From an uncultured candidate division Zixibacteria bacterium (lineage in GTDB: Bacteria; Zixibacteria; MSB-5A5; RBG-16-43-9), in assembly GCA_963713865.1 (NCBI GenBank), contig OY970208.1, positions 1,088,001-1,152,000 on the forward strand: 64,000 nt of DNA, read 5' to 3'. Shown here one piece after another: positions 1 through 8,537 of this stretch (positions are counted from its first letter, which is position 1; each line of letters begins with the position of its first letter). The position numbers and the translations under genes are program-made. Under the pieces are notes generated by a model that saw only the letters and a program-made list of their open reading frames with translations, made no database searches and was not told the origin of the DNA.

Positions 1-3000
1 TGGTCAAAGTTTCTGAATCAGCCACTGGAATCCCCTCGGATGTGAGCAATGCAGTATTTACCATTGCTCCTCAGGTTATAACTGTGACCGCACCGAATGG
101 AGGTGAAGACTGGCAGGCGGGTACTTCTCACAATATCACCTGGACTTCCTCCTGCTTTACCAGTACGGTGAAGATAGAATATTCAACCGATTATGGCTCG
201 AGCTGGAATTTAGTAGTAGCAAGCACAGCTAATGACGGGACTCATCCCTGGGTTATACCCAATACCCCCTCGGATAGCTGTTTAGTTAGAGTTTCAGCTG
301 AAGCTGCTGGAGTACCAAATGACGTAAGCAATTCGATGTTTACCATATCACCACCGCCACCTGCTCAACTAACTATAACCTCCCCCAATGGAGGCGAGAA
401 CTGGTTTACGGGAAGCTCACATAATATAACCTGGACCTCGCAGGGAATTATCTCAGATGTGAAGCTTGAATACAGTATAGATGGAGGAGCAAACTGGCTT
501 TCAGTTATAGCCAGCACTCCCAATGATGGAACTTATCCCTGGACTATACCTGATACCCCTTCGGATAGCTGTCTGGTAAAAATCTCAGATGTCTCTAATA
601 GTGAGACTTCAGATGTAAGTGATAATTACTTCACTATCACTAGACAAGTTGTATCTGGCTGTAAGATACTTTTCGATATCAGCCATGGATTTTCGACTGT
701 GCCTGAACCTTTAGATACTACCTACTGGTCGCATCTGATCTCAGCCCTTAGAAGTGCCGGGCATGAAGTAGTAACAAATCAGCTTGACTTCAACTTGAAT
801 GGCTATAATGTTGTCTTCCTGTCATTGCCGGGTGAAGATTACTCAACCCCTGAACTTTCAGCCATTCAGAGCTTTGTGCAGAATGGTGGGGGAGTGGTTA
901 TAAGCGCAGAGCATGGTGGTGGATACGGAACTGGATATCTCAATCACGTAGCTAATCTTTTTGGAATAAACTTCAAGAGCAACGTGGTATTAGATGATAT
1001 ACATAATGATCAGAGTATGAATAATTGGCCCATCATCTCTGATTATCTAACCGATCCTACAACCGCAGGGATTAATCAGACTGTTATCTATGCTGGTTCA
1101 AGTTTAGAACTTTCCGGTTCGGCTTATCCGATTGCTTATGCAGATACTGATGCTTATATTCCTCCTTCCTTAAAAGGTGTAGCACCTACCAGTGCGCTCC
1201 AGGCAGGCATATTTAAAAATGGACCGGTTAGTGATCTGACTAGAATAAGTGAACCCTCGATCGTGGTTATGGGTGCATCTGTATACGGGAAAGGGAAGGT
1301 CTGGGCAGTGGGTGATTTCAATATCTGGGCGAACGATTATCCTGCCCAGAATATCGGAATCGATTACTATGATAATCAAGAATTAGCCCTGAACGTTTTC
1401 GACTGGGCTTGTACTCCTTCAGAAACCGTTATTGTAACTGTACCGGTTTCAATTCCGGATACCTGTGTTAAGATAGGAGATTTCATCCTGATACCGGTCA
1501 ATATCGGGGATGTAACCGGCAAAGAAGTCTATTCTGCAGAGATAACCTTAACCTATGATAATGCTATATTACAGGCAACTGATGCCACCCTGATCGGTAC
1601 CATAGCTGAAGGCAGGATAATGTTCTATAATAAGTATGATGGTAAAATCGAGATCGGTATTTCAGGAACGGAACCTCTTTCTGGCAGCGGCACATTAGTC
1701 TATGTCGGGTTTAACGTATTAGCATTACCTGTGGATTCAACAATAATCCATTTTGAACGAATGAGGTTTAACGAGGGAATTCCAGCCGCCGAAACCAAAG
1801 ACTGTGTAATCAAGCCCTGTGAGGTTTATCAGATCTCCGGAACTGTGAGATATTGTTTGAATGACAATCCGGTTGACTTAGCCCTGTTGCGGATAACTGG
1901 TGGTAAGACCGATTCGGTATTAACCGATGCCAGCGGTGGATATAGTTTCTTGAATCTACCTGGAGGATTGGATTACACCGCAAAACCTAATAAATGGGGT
2001 CATCAGGGAGATGCTATAACTGCCTATGATGCCTCTTTGGTTTTGCGGAATGTGGTTCATCTGATACAGCTTTCGCTCTGCCAGAAGATATCCGCAGACG
2101 TAACCGGGAACTGTGAGGTTTCAGCTTATGATGCCTCTTATATCTTGAGGTATGTGGTTGGAGAGTTAACCCAGTTTCCAACCGGAAAAGACTGGAGATT
2201 CTTCCCGGCTGATTATCCTCTGGGTAATGAATTGTGCAGTGGAATACCGGATTCGATCTTCTATCCTGACCTATCCGCCAATATGTTCAACCAGGATTAC
2301 AAAGGTATCCTGTATGGTGACGTATCCGGTAACTGGATAGGAGGAGACCTGTTAGTAGCCAGATCTGCAGATTTCGGTCCACTTCCCAAGGTTAGTACTA
2401 AGAATATTACCGTAAAGCCGGGTGAAGAATTTACTCTACCCATTGAATTGAGAGAATTACCTGAGACCTATTCAGCCGAGTTCAGCTTAAGCTATGATGT
2501 TAACTGGTTAGAGGCAAGGAAAGTATCTTTATCTGAGCTAACATCAGGGTTTATGTTAGAGGATAGAATTACTTCTGACCGGATAAAGATAGCTTTAGCC
2601 GGAGCCAAGCCAGTTTCGGGTAACGGCAATTTAATTGGCATAACCTTCAAGGTATCAGATAATGTTAAACCGGGAGAGAGAACAGAGATAAAGCTTGTGA
2701 ACCTGAGAGTAAATGAGAGTCAGGTAATGGAGCTGAATTTGTCCTATGTAGTTTCAGTTGGAGCATTAGTTCCTGAGAAGTTTTTATTATCTCAGAACCG
2801 ACCCAATCCGTTCAATCCGGTAACCAGTATAGAGTATAGTTTACCTGCAAGATCACATGTAGTTCTGGAGGTATATAACCTCTTAGGACAGAAGGTAACC
2901 ACGCTGGTGAACGAGGAGCAGGAAGCAGGAGCACATCAGGCGATCTGGGATGGAAAAGATAAGGTAGGCAATTCAGTCTCCAGTGGAATCTATTTCTACC

Positions 3001-3053
3001 GGATGAAAGCTGAGAATTTCTCAGAAGTTAAGAAGATGGTTTTGATGAAGTAA
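1..3053 (+). CDS. Large secreted multidomain protein, 5'-truncated by the window: Ser/Thr-rich Ig-like repeats, DUF4350/GATase-like domain, cohesin, dockerin-like, second cohesin, FlgD/T9SS-like C-terminal domain
   Basis: The frame is open from base 3 (VKVSESATGIPSDVSN). It has repeated 'PNGGE.W..G.SHNITWTS', 'KILFDISHG', cohesin-like 'VSIPDT..IPVNI..SAEITLTYD', dockerin-like 'ADVTGNCEVSAYDASYILRYVVG' and C-terminal 'QNRPNPFNP..YNLLGQKV..GIYFYRM'. Confidence 0.85.
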   Translation, partial: VKVSESATGIPSDVSNAVFTIAPQVITVTAPNGGEDWQAGTSHNITWTSSCFTSTVKIEYSTDYGSSWNLVVASTANDGTHPWVIPNTPSDSCLVRVSAEAAGVPNDVSNSMFTISPPPPAQLTITSPNGGENWFTGSSHNITWTSQGIISDVKLEYSIDGGANWLSVIASTPNDGTYPWTIPDTPSDSCLVKISDVSNSETSDVSDNYFTITRQVVSGCKILFDISHGFSTVPEPLDTTYWSHLISALRSAGHEVVTNQLDFNLNGYNVVFLSLPGEDYSTPELSAIQSFVQNGGGVVISAEHGGGYGTGYLNHVANLFGINFKSNVVLDDIHNDQSMNNWPIISDYLTDPTTAGINQTVIYAGSSLELSGSAYPIAYADTDAYIPPSLKGVAPTSALQAGIFKNGPVSDLTRISEPSIVVMGASVYGKGKVWAVGDFNIWANDYPAQNIGIDYYDNQELALNVFDWACTPSETVIVTVPVSIPDTCVKIGDFILIPVNIGDVTGKEVYSAEITLTYDNAILQATDATLIGTIAEGRIMFYNKYDGKIEIGISGTEPLSGSGTLVYVGFNVLALPVDSTIIHFERMRFNEGIPAAETKDCVIKPCEVYQISGTVRYCLNDNPVDLALLRITGGKTDSVLTDASGGYSFLNLPGGLDYTAKPNKWGHQGDAITAYDASLVLRNVVHLIQLSLCQKISADVTGNCEVSAYDASYILRYVVGELTQFPTGKDWRFFPADYPLGNELCSGIPDSIFYPDLSANMFNQDYKGILYGDVSGNWIGGDLLVARSADFGPLPKVSTKNITVKPGEEFTLPIELRELPETYSAEFSLSYDVNWLEARKVSLSELTSGFMLEDRITSDRIKIALAGAKPVSGNGNLIGITFKVSDNVKPGERTEIKLVNLRVNESQVMELNLSYVVSVGALVPEKFLLSQNRPNPFNPVTSIEYSLPARSHVVLEVYNLLGQKVTTLVNEEQEAGAHQAIWDGKDKVGNSVSSGIYFYRMKAENFSEVKKMVLMK

Positions 3054-3062
3054 AATTAAATC

Positions 3063-3090
3063 GTAGGGGCGTATTGCAATACGCCCCTAC
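3063..3090. repeat. GTAG-type REP-like perfect palindrome
   Basis: GTAGGGGCGTATTGCAATACGCCCCTAC is a perfect 28-bp palindrome, with a near copy at 38119-38146. Confidence 0.85.
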
Positions 3091-3114
3091 AGAGAAAATA
3101 GGAGACAGGAAAAA

Positions 3115-3933
3115 ATGGGGAAGAGTAAAATCTTAAAAACTATACTATGGAACTTTTTGAGCCTTCTGCTCTTCTCCGGTTTGGCTTTTGCCAGCACAGT
3201 AGAGGTTTCGATACCTGATACCACTGGAGCTCCTGGGGATGTGACCCAAGTACCGATCCTGGTAAAGGATATACTCCCTTCTGATACAGTCAGGTCTGCG
3301 GATATATCAATAACTTTTAATCCTGTAGTGGTTCAGGCTGAAAAGATTGCTATCCTATCAGGAACTCTGACCGAAAAATGGTTCAGTGCGGTTAATATTT
3401 TAAGTGATTCGATAATAAAGATTGCCCTGGCGGGGGCAGATTCTATAAGCGGGAGCGGGACTTTAGTCTATCTAAGATTTAAAGTCCTCTCCTCCGCTTT
3501 ACCGGACGATAGTTCTCTTATTCATTTCAAAAAAATGGTGTTCAATGAAGGTGCGCCTCCGGTTTCAGCTAAAGATGGGATATTGAAGATTACTCCGACT
3601 GCGGTTTTTGAAAATGATAACCTAAACCTTCCTCAGAATTTTAATCTGGGACAGAACTTCCCGAATCCGTTTAACCCAACCACATCCATTCCCTTCAAAG
3701 TTAAGAGTTTGGAGTTTGGAGTGGGGAGACCCAGCCACACAACCCTGATTGTTTATAACATCCTTGGGCAAAAGGTGAGGTCACTAGTGGATGAGAGCTT
3801 GAATTCGGGAACGTATCAGGTTACCTGGGATGCGAAAAACGACAGGGGGGAAAAGGTACCCAGCGGAGTTTATTTCTACCGGCTGAAGAGCGGGGATGTT
3901 TCTGAAGTTCGGAAGATGATTTTGTTGAGGTGA
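3115..3933 (+). CDS. Secreted single-cohesin protein with FlgD/T9SS-like C-terminal domain
   Basis: Signal peptide (..GLAFA), cohesin-like 'VSIPDTTGAPGDVTQVPI..ADISITFNP..GSGTLVYLRFKV..FNEG', and C-terminal domain 'QNFPNPFNP..GVYFYRL'. Confidence 0.85.
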   Translation: MGKSKILKTILWNFLSLLLFSGLAFASTVEVSIPDTTGAPGDVTQVPILVKDILPSDTVRSADISITFNPVVVQAEKIAILSGTLTEKWFSAVNILSDSIIKIALAGADSISGSGTLVYLRFKVLSSALPDDSSLIHFKKMVFNEGAPPVSAKDGILKITPTAVFENDNLNLPQNFNLGQNFPNPFNPTTSIPFKVKSLEFGVGRPSHTTLIVYNILGQKVRSLVDESLNSGTYQVTWDAKNDRGEKVPSGVYFYRLKSGDVSEVRKMILLR

Positions 3934-3951
3934 GGAATACCAGTCTTTTCA

Positions 3952-3991
3952 AAAAGCCCTTAATTCACTTCTGGCGGATTAAGGGTTTTTT
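3952..3991 (+). terminator. Intrinsic terminator
   Basis: AAAAGCCCTTAAT...ATTAAGGGTTTTTT hairpin plus T-tract just after the stop at 3933. Confidence 0.7.
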
Positions 3992-4498
3992 GTTTTCTGG
4001 ATTTATTTTGAGTGTATTAACCGGGTTAATGCCATTTAAAGCGACATGGATTATTTTTTCGTAGTGCGGCCCTTTTTCCTAAACGGATCCATAGGACAGG
4101 GTCACTTAAATTACAACCTATGCAGGTTCTTACGGGTAAACTTTAGTCAAGTCAGCCCTCCAGCACGCATAGGGTGTCAAATTATTTTCAAGTTAAATAT
4201 ACGGGGATTATATTTTGCAGTGTATAGATTAATAACGAGACGGTTCTGGTGTAAATCGACATATTTTCGAGGGCTCCGGAAATTAACCTCAAAGGGCAGG
4301 ACTGCCCATTTATTTTCTAATAGAGCGTCAACCATATCGCTTGTTCCTCTCCGTACGGCTAATTCCACAAAACTGGCCTTAGGAGTAGAACCTTAGATAG
4401 GGTAATCTCCTTGTCAATTCTTTGCAAATTACTGCACATCTTTTTAATGTTTTTGAATATATTTTATTGATAGACATTCAGTTAAATGGAGAGGAATT

Positions 4499-4515
4499 TT
4501 GGCACTAAAATTGCT
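4499..4515 (+). promoter_or_regulatory. Sigma-54 (-24/-12) promoter of the PEP-CTERM gene
   Basis: TTGGCACTAAAATTGCT matches TGGCAC-N5-TTGC. It lies about 43 bp upstream of ATG 4558, which has an AAGGAGGT RBS. Confidence 0.75.
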
Positions 4516-4557
4516 TTATTTCAAAGTTGAAAGAATTACTAAGAAGGAGGTGATAAG

Positions 4558-5343
4558 ATGAAGAAAGCTATGGTGATAAGTCTGAGTTTACTTTTTTTGC
4601 TTCCAATCTCGGCATTTGGTTTTGATTTTATGTTTTCTGATTTTGGCACCAACTCTTTTGATTATAATAACAACTGGAGCCCAATAGCTTATCCAAACGG
4701 GATTGGTCATCTTCCTTCTCCTGGGTATTTTGCTGAGGGCGGTGAAAAGTTCGATTTGGAAGGCCTGTTTGCAAATATGGACTTAGGCTCAAAAATGCTT
4801 AATTTAGCATTGACAAAATCTTTTGGTCAGACTGTTTATAGCACTGGATGGGGACAACTCTTCAATGCGGGTGACATCTTTATTGACTTTTCAACTGGTG
4901 AAAGATTTGCCATTGATGTTTCCACCGGTCATTTATGGAGAGTTGGTAATGCTTTTGGAATCTCCAACCGTCCAGGAACATATTATGGAAATGAAGCTAT
5001 TAGAAATGCAGTTGGCGCTTTTTCGATTGATCAAAATAAAAGCACAGATTTAGGAGCAATTAATTCCAAGGAAACATTCCTGCCCGGTGAGGAAACCGGG
5101 TATTTGAGTCCTGGAGACGGAAATACCTGGGTCTGGGAATATGCCTTTTCTACTGATAAGTTCAATTTGGGAAGAGCAATGGATAATTCAGAGCAAATCT
5201 TTGTACATAATACCCTGGAGTGCGGGAATGATTACATTGAAGGAAGATTCTCCGCAGTCCCTGAACCATCCACGTTGATTCTTTTCGGCTCAGGATTATT
5301 CGGATTTCGAATATTTGCGAGATCAAAGGAAAAAAGGCGATAG
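4558..5343 (+). CDS. PEP-CTERM sorting domain protein
   Basis: Signal peptide and C-terminal 'VPEPSTLILFGSGLFGFRIFARSKEKRR' (PEP, transmembrane segment, basic tail). Confidence 0.92.
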   Translation: MKKAMVISLSLLFLLPISAFGFDFMFSDFGTNSFDYNNNWSPIAYPNGIGHLPSPGYFAEGGEKFDLEGLFANMDLGSKMLNLALTKSFGQTVYSTGWGQLFNAGDIFIDFSTGERFAIDVSTGHLWRVGNAFGISNRPGTYYGNEAIRNAVGAFSIDQNKSTDLGAINSKETFLPGEETGYLSPGDGNTWVWEYAFSTDKFNLGRAMDNSEQIFVHNTLECGNDYIEGRFSAVPEPSTLILFGSGLFGFRIFARSKEKRR

Positions 5344-5366
5344 AGAAAGGGAAATGCAAGTTTTAT

Positions 5367-5397
5367 AAAAAAGCCGTCAAAATTGGACGGTTTTTTT
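5367..5397. terminator. Bidirectional intrinsic terminator
   Basis: AAAAAAGCCGTC-aaaattg-GACGGTTTTTTT between convergent genes. Confidence 0.75.
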
Positions 5398-5542
5398 ATG
5401 AGTGAAGCACTAGAATCATTTTTCCCTTTTCGCACGGGGCGTCAAATATTTTCAGGGTGACAAATGAAAAGGGACAAGCTACATTTAGCTGTGACTACGT
5501 AAAAAGTAGAAACGATTCTATCCAATCAGCAAAAAGATGTTT

Positions 5543-7753
5543 TTAGCAGGGTGGGGGTCCGCCTTTGAAAAGGTAATTTATTAAATATATTATGTCTGCG
5601 ACATTCACACTTCCATCGCAGCTGGTATCAGCTTTCTCTAAAGGAGAAGGCGCAGGTCCTCCTTTATAGAGATAATTAATCATATTGACAACATCTGAAA
5701 CCGTGACTTTAGAATCGCCATTGGCATCCCCTCGTATAAACGGTATCCCCGAATTCACTTTCAAGGGTAGAGTCTTGGTGTTGCTTTTTTGAGGACTGCT
5801 GGAATCTTTTACTAAAACCGAGCAGGTGAAAGTCCCGGTATCCGCGGGCACACCTGAGATTATACCGGTTAAGGAATCCAAGGTCAAATTGTAAGGAAGA
5901 GTCCCACTCCAGAAATATGGGGGTGTCCCGCCTTTAGCTATCAGGGTATCGGTATAGGGATAATCGGAGACTCCATCTGTCAGTGAAGTTGAGACGATAT
6001 TCAGACCATAACTTACATTGCTCGAGTATTTCAAAATCCAGTTATCTTTGTCTAAAAGCAGGGAAATCGGCTGGAAAAGCAGTTCAAACTGGAAGTCCTG
6101 GTTTCTCTGATTGTTGAAAACTACAATGGTGGTATCACCCAGCGGTGTAGAGATGGTTATATCCACGGGCATAGTGAAAACCAGGGGTGGAGTGGACTGA
6201 ATTTGATCTATATGCAGATAGACCAAATATGTTCCACCCGGGTTCTCATACATCCAGGAAACCTGATAATTTGGCCGGTAAGTCCCGTAAATCCAATCCT
6301 GAAAAAGCCAACTTAAATCTATACCAGAAACTTCCTCACACACTCCCTCGAAATCTGCAGTCAAAGCTGTGCCATAGGCAAATCTTGGGTCCGAATAATA
6401 GGCTCGTAAGCTCCCAAAGAAAGCTGAATCTCCAACTACATGTCTCAACATATGTAAAACCCAGGCAGCTTTGTCATAAACGATATTGCTGAAAATCTGG
6501 CTTACGTTTGTGGTATCCTGCACATAGATGGAACCTCCCTTGGTATAATCCATATAACCCATATAGGTATGATAGTACCCTGTTCCATATATATACTCAA
6601 AATACAAAGCCTCGCAATAGCTGGCAAAACCCTCATTTAGCCAGATATTATGCCAGTCTCCGCAAGTTATATAATCTCCCCACCACTGATGAGATAATTC
6701 ATGAACGATGACATAAGGGTCATACCAGGAAGCAAGTAGAGAGGTGCAAGTCTGGTGCTCCATACCTCCGCTCCAGGGGAATTGTGCCATCCCGTATTTT
6801 TCCCCGATGAAAGGGTATTCCCCAAAGGTTCTAGCGAAAAAGTCAATTGCTCCCGGAGTTACCGCATAGCCAGCAACTGCCTGAGAATAGTTCTCTGGGT
6901 AGACAAAATACCTGACCTCCATTGAATCGGTAGGGGAATAATGGTAATAGTCAGAAAAGATTGTATAATTAGTGATAGCAACCGAGATGAGGTAAGTGGT
7001 TATCGGGTAACTCTCATGCCATTTATAGGTTTTGGTTCCATTGCCGTTGTCAATCACTACCCTTAAGACACCATTGGAGGCAACTATGAGGTTAGAAGGT
7101 ATAGTCACGTTTATGTCCGCAGAATCAGCTTTATCAGAGGGATGGTCCTTGCAGGGCCACCAGGTCCGGGCATAATAGGGTTCACTCAAAGAGGAGATGA
7201 TCGGCGCACTTGGAGTTCCGTGATATCTAAAAGCAAAAGCCAGGAAACCGCCTTCAACCGGATGTCCATGATAATATACCGTGATGAGAAAATTCTCATT
7301 CAAAGTATATGCCCTATCCAGAGTTATATTGATAAGATTAGAGGAGTGAGTATAGGAAAGACTTGTTCCTGCCATCTTTATGGAGTCAACCACCATATTA
7401 TCAAAAAGGTCTAAGGAAACAGTATTTAAGCTCAAGATCTTGCTTTGAGCCAACATCTTTACCGCCCCATAGATTACCTTAAAGGTAGTATCGATATTCA
7501 AATCCAGACCATAATAGATGGCATCGAAATCCCCCTGATTTGTCAAAACTTTGGCAAGATACGCCTCTCTGGCCATAGCCAGGGCTTTTGCTTTGCCCTG
7601 ACCTAAAATCTTATGCCCTTCGCTCGGAGGGATAGAAAAGACCGGTTCTGGTTGGGAGGAAAATTTTTCCCTGGCTCCCTGCTGAGCAAAACTTAAGTTA
7701 AAATGAATTGATAAAAAAATAAACAGAACCCAGACGAATGATTTTTTATACAT
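5543..7753 (-). CDS. Secreted M1-family zinc aminopeptidase with He_PIG Ig-like domain and C-terminal dockerin
   Basis: GGMEH exopeptidase motif, HELSH..(18)..E zinc motif (WLNEGFASY), 'GGTPPYFWS..LTLDSLTGIISGVP', and duplicated 'GDANGD..VSDVV..INYL.KGGP'. Confidence 0.92.
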   Translation of the reverse strand: MYKKSFVWVLFIFLSIHFNLSFAQQGAREKFSSQPEPVFSIPPSEGHKILGQGKAKALAMAREAYLAKVLTNQGDFDAIYYGLDLNIDTTFKVIYGAVKMLAQSKILSLNTVSLDLFDNMVVDSIKMAGTSLSYTHSSNLINITLDRAYTLNENFLITVYYHGHPVEGGFLAFAFRYHGTPSAPIISSLSEPYYARTWWPCKDHPSDKADSADINVTIPSNLIVASNGVLRVVIDNGNGTKTYKWHESYPITTYLISVAITNYTIFSDYYHYSPTDSMEVRYFVYPENYSQAVAGYAVTPGAIDFFARTFGEYPFIGEKYGMAQFPWSGGMEHQTCTSLLASWYDPYVIVHELSHQWWGDYITCGDWHNIWLNEGFASYCEALYFEYIYGTGYYHTYMGYMDYTKGGSIYVQDTTNVSQIFSNIVYDKAAWVLHMLRHVVGDSAFFGSLRAYYSDPRFAYGTALTADFEGVCEEVSGIDLSWLFQDWIYGTYRPNYQVSWMYENPGGTYLVYLHIDQIQSTPPLVFTMPVDITISTPLGDTTIVVFNNQRNQDFQFELLFQPISLLLDKDNWILKYSSNVSYGLNIVSTSLTDGVSDYPYTDTLIAKGGTPPYFWSGTLPYNLTLDSLTGIISGVPADTGTFTCSVLVKDSSSPQKSNTKTLPLKVNSGIPFIRGDANGDSKVTVSDVVNMINYLYKGGPAPSPLEKADTSCDGSVNVADIIYLINYLFKGGPPPC

Positions 7754-7959
7754 GGGCACCTCTTTTCTTGAGTTTTATCTTCAGGTTTCAATTATATCTT
7801 CGGGTATTTTAAATCAGAAATCAACCAGAAAGAATTAAATCTATAACATTTCTTATACGTTTCAACTCTCTTGACTATTAGGGTTCATCGATTGAAATTT
7901 TATTGGAAACTGATAGAGTAAGGCAAGGATTGTTGATCTTATTTGGTGCTTTCGTTAAG

Positions 7960-8010
7960 AAAATCCGGTGAGGTTTAAACCTCATGTCGGTTCAATTCCG
8001 ACCTCCGGCA
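7960..8010 (+). tRNA. 3' fragment of a tRNA-Leu (not an intact gene), probable att-site remnant
   Basis: AAAATCC (end of anticodon arm), long variable arm GGTGAGG-tttaaa-CCTCAT, T-arm GTCGG-TTCAATT-CCGAC, acceptor strand CTCCGGC-A. No matching GCCGGAG 5' half or D-arm lies upstream. Confidence 0.7.
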
Positions 8011-8164
8011 TTGATTTTATGGGCTTTTGGACTTCCCCTCAAGGACTTGGCAATTACCCCGAATTTTCGCAATAACCCATAAAGGCCCAAGATAACCCGC
8101 GGAAACCCAGACTAACTTGGCACAAATTTGGCACAGGGGTGGCGGGTAGCGTTTCCCTACCCTG

Positions 8165-8537
8165 TCTGTTCAGAATTACATCTGCCTGATAGAATTTCTA
8201 CAGGATTATTAGTGGAGATTTTAATCGAGTGAGCCTTAACTTGCCCAGGGGGTCAAAATATTTTCAGGTTGGAAAAAGAAAAGGGACAGGCTTCATTTGT
8301 CTGTCCCTTTGTTAATAGGTAATTTTCCTATCTGGTTGATAAGAACTTCTTTTTAGCTACAGGGTGCTGGTCCACCTTTGAAAAGATAATTGATTAGATA
8401 AACCACATCGGAAACTGTTGTTTTATCATCACAGTTGACATCCCCTAAATACACAGGGTCAGGTGGAGGTCCTCCTTTGAACAGATAATTAATCAAGAAA
8501 ATCACATCCGAGACAGTTGTTTTCTTATCCATATTCG
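8165..8537. repeat. Direct repeat copy 1 (dockerin-coding 3' end plus about 190 bp trailer)
   Basis: By eye identical to 10429-10801 (offset 2264 bp). Confidence 0.9.
8280..8310 (-). terminator. Intrinsic terminator (copy at about 10544-10574)
   Basis: AAAGGGACAGGC-ttcattt-GTCTGTCCCTTT hairpin with an A-rich tract on the + strand, downstream of the minus-strand gene. Confidence 0.7.

Noticed and set aside
4046-4396. ORFs 4046-4396 (+) and 4177-4368 (-)
   Set aside because: No RBS or recognisable motifs. They overlap each other in what is probably the regulatory region of the PEP-CTERM gene.
7920-8013. Intact tRNA gene
   Set aside because: There is no 5' acceptor strand or D-arm, so only the 3' half is present.
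8117-8135. Sigma-54 promoter at TTGGCACAAATTTGGC
   Set aside because: The -12 element does not match TTGC at the right spacing and no + strand gene follows. A tandem arm-type repeat fits better.
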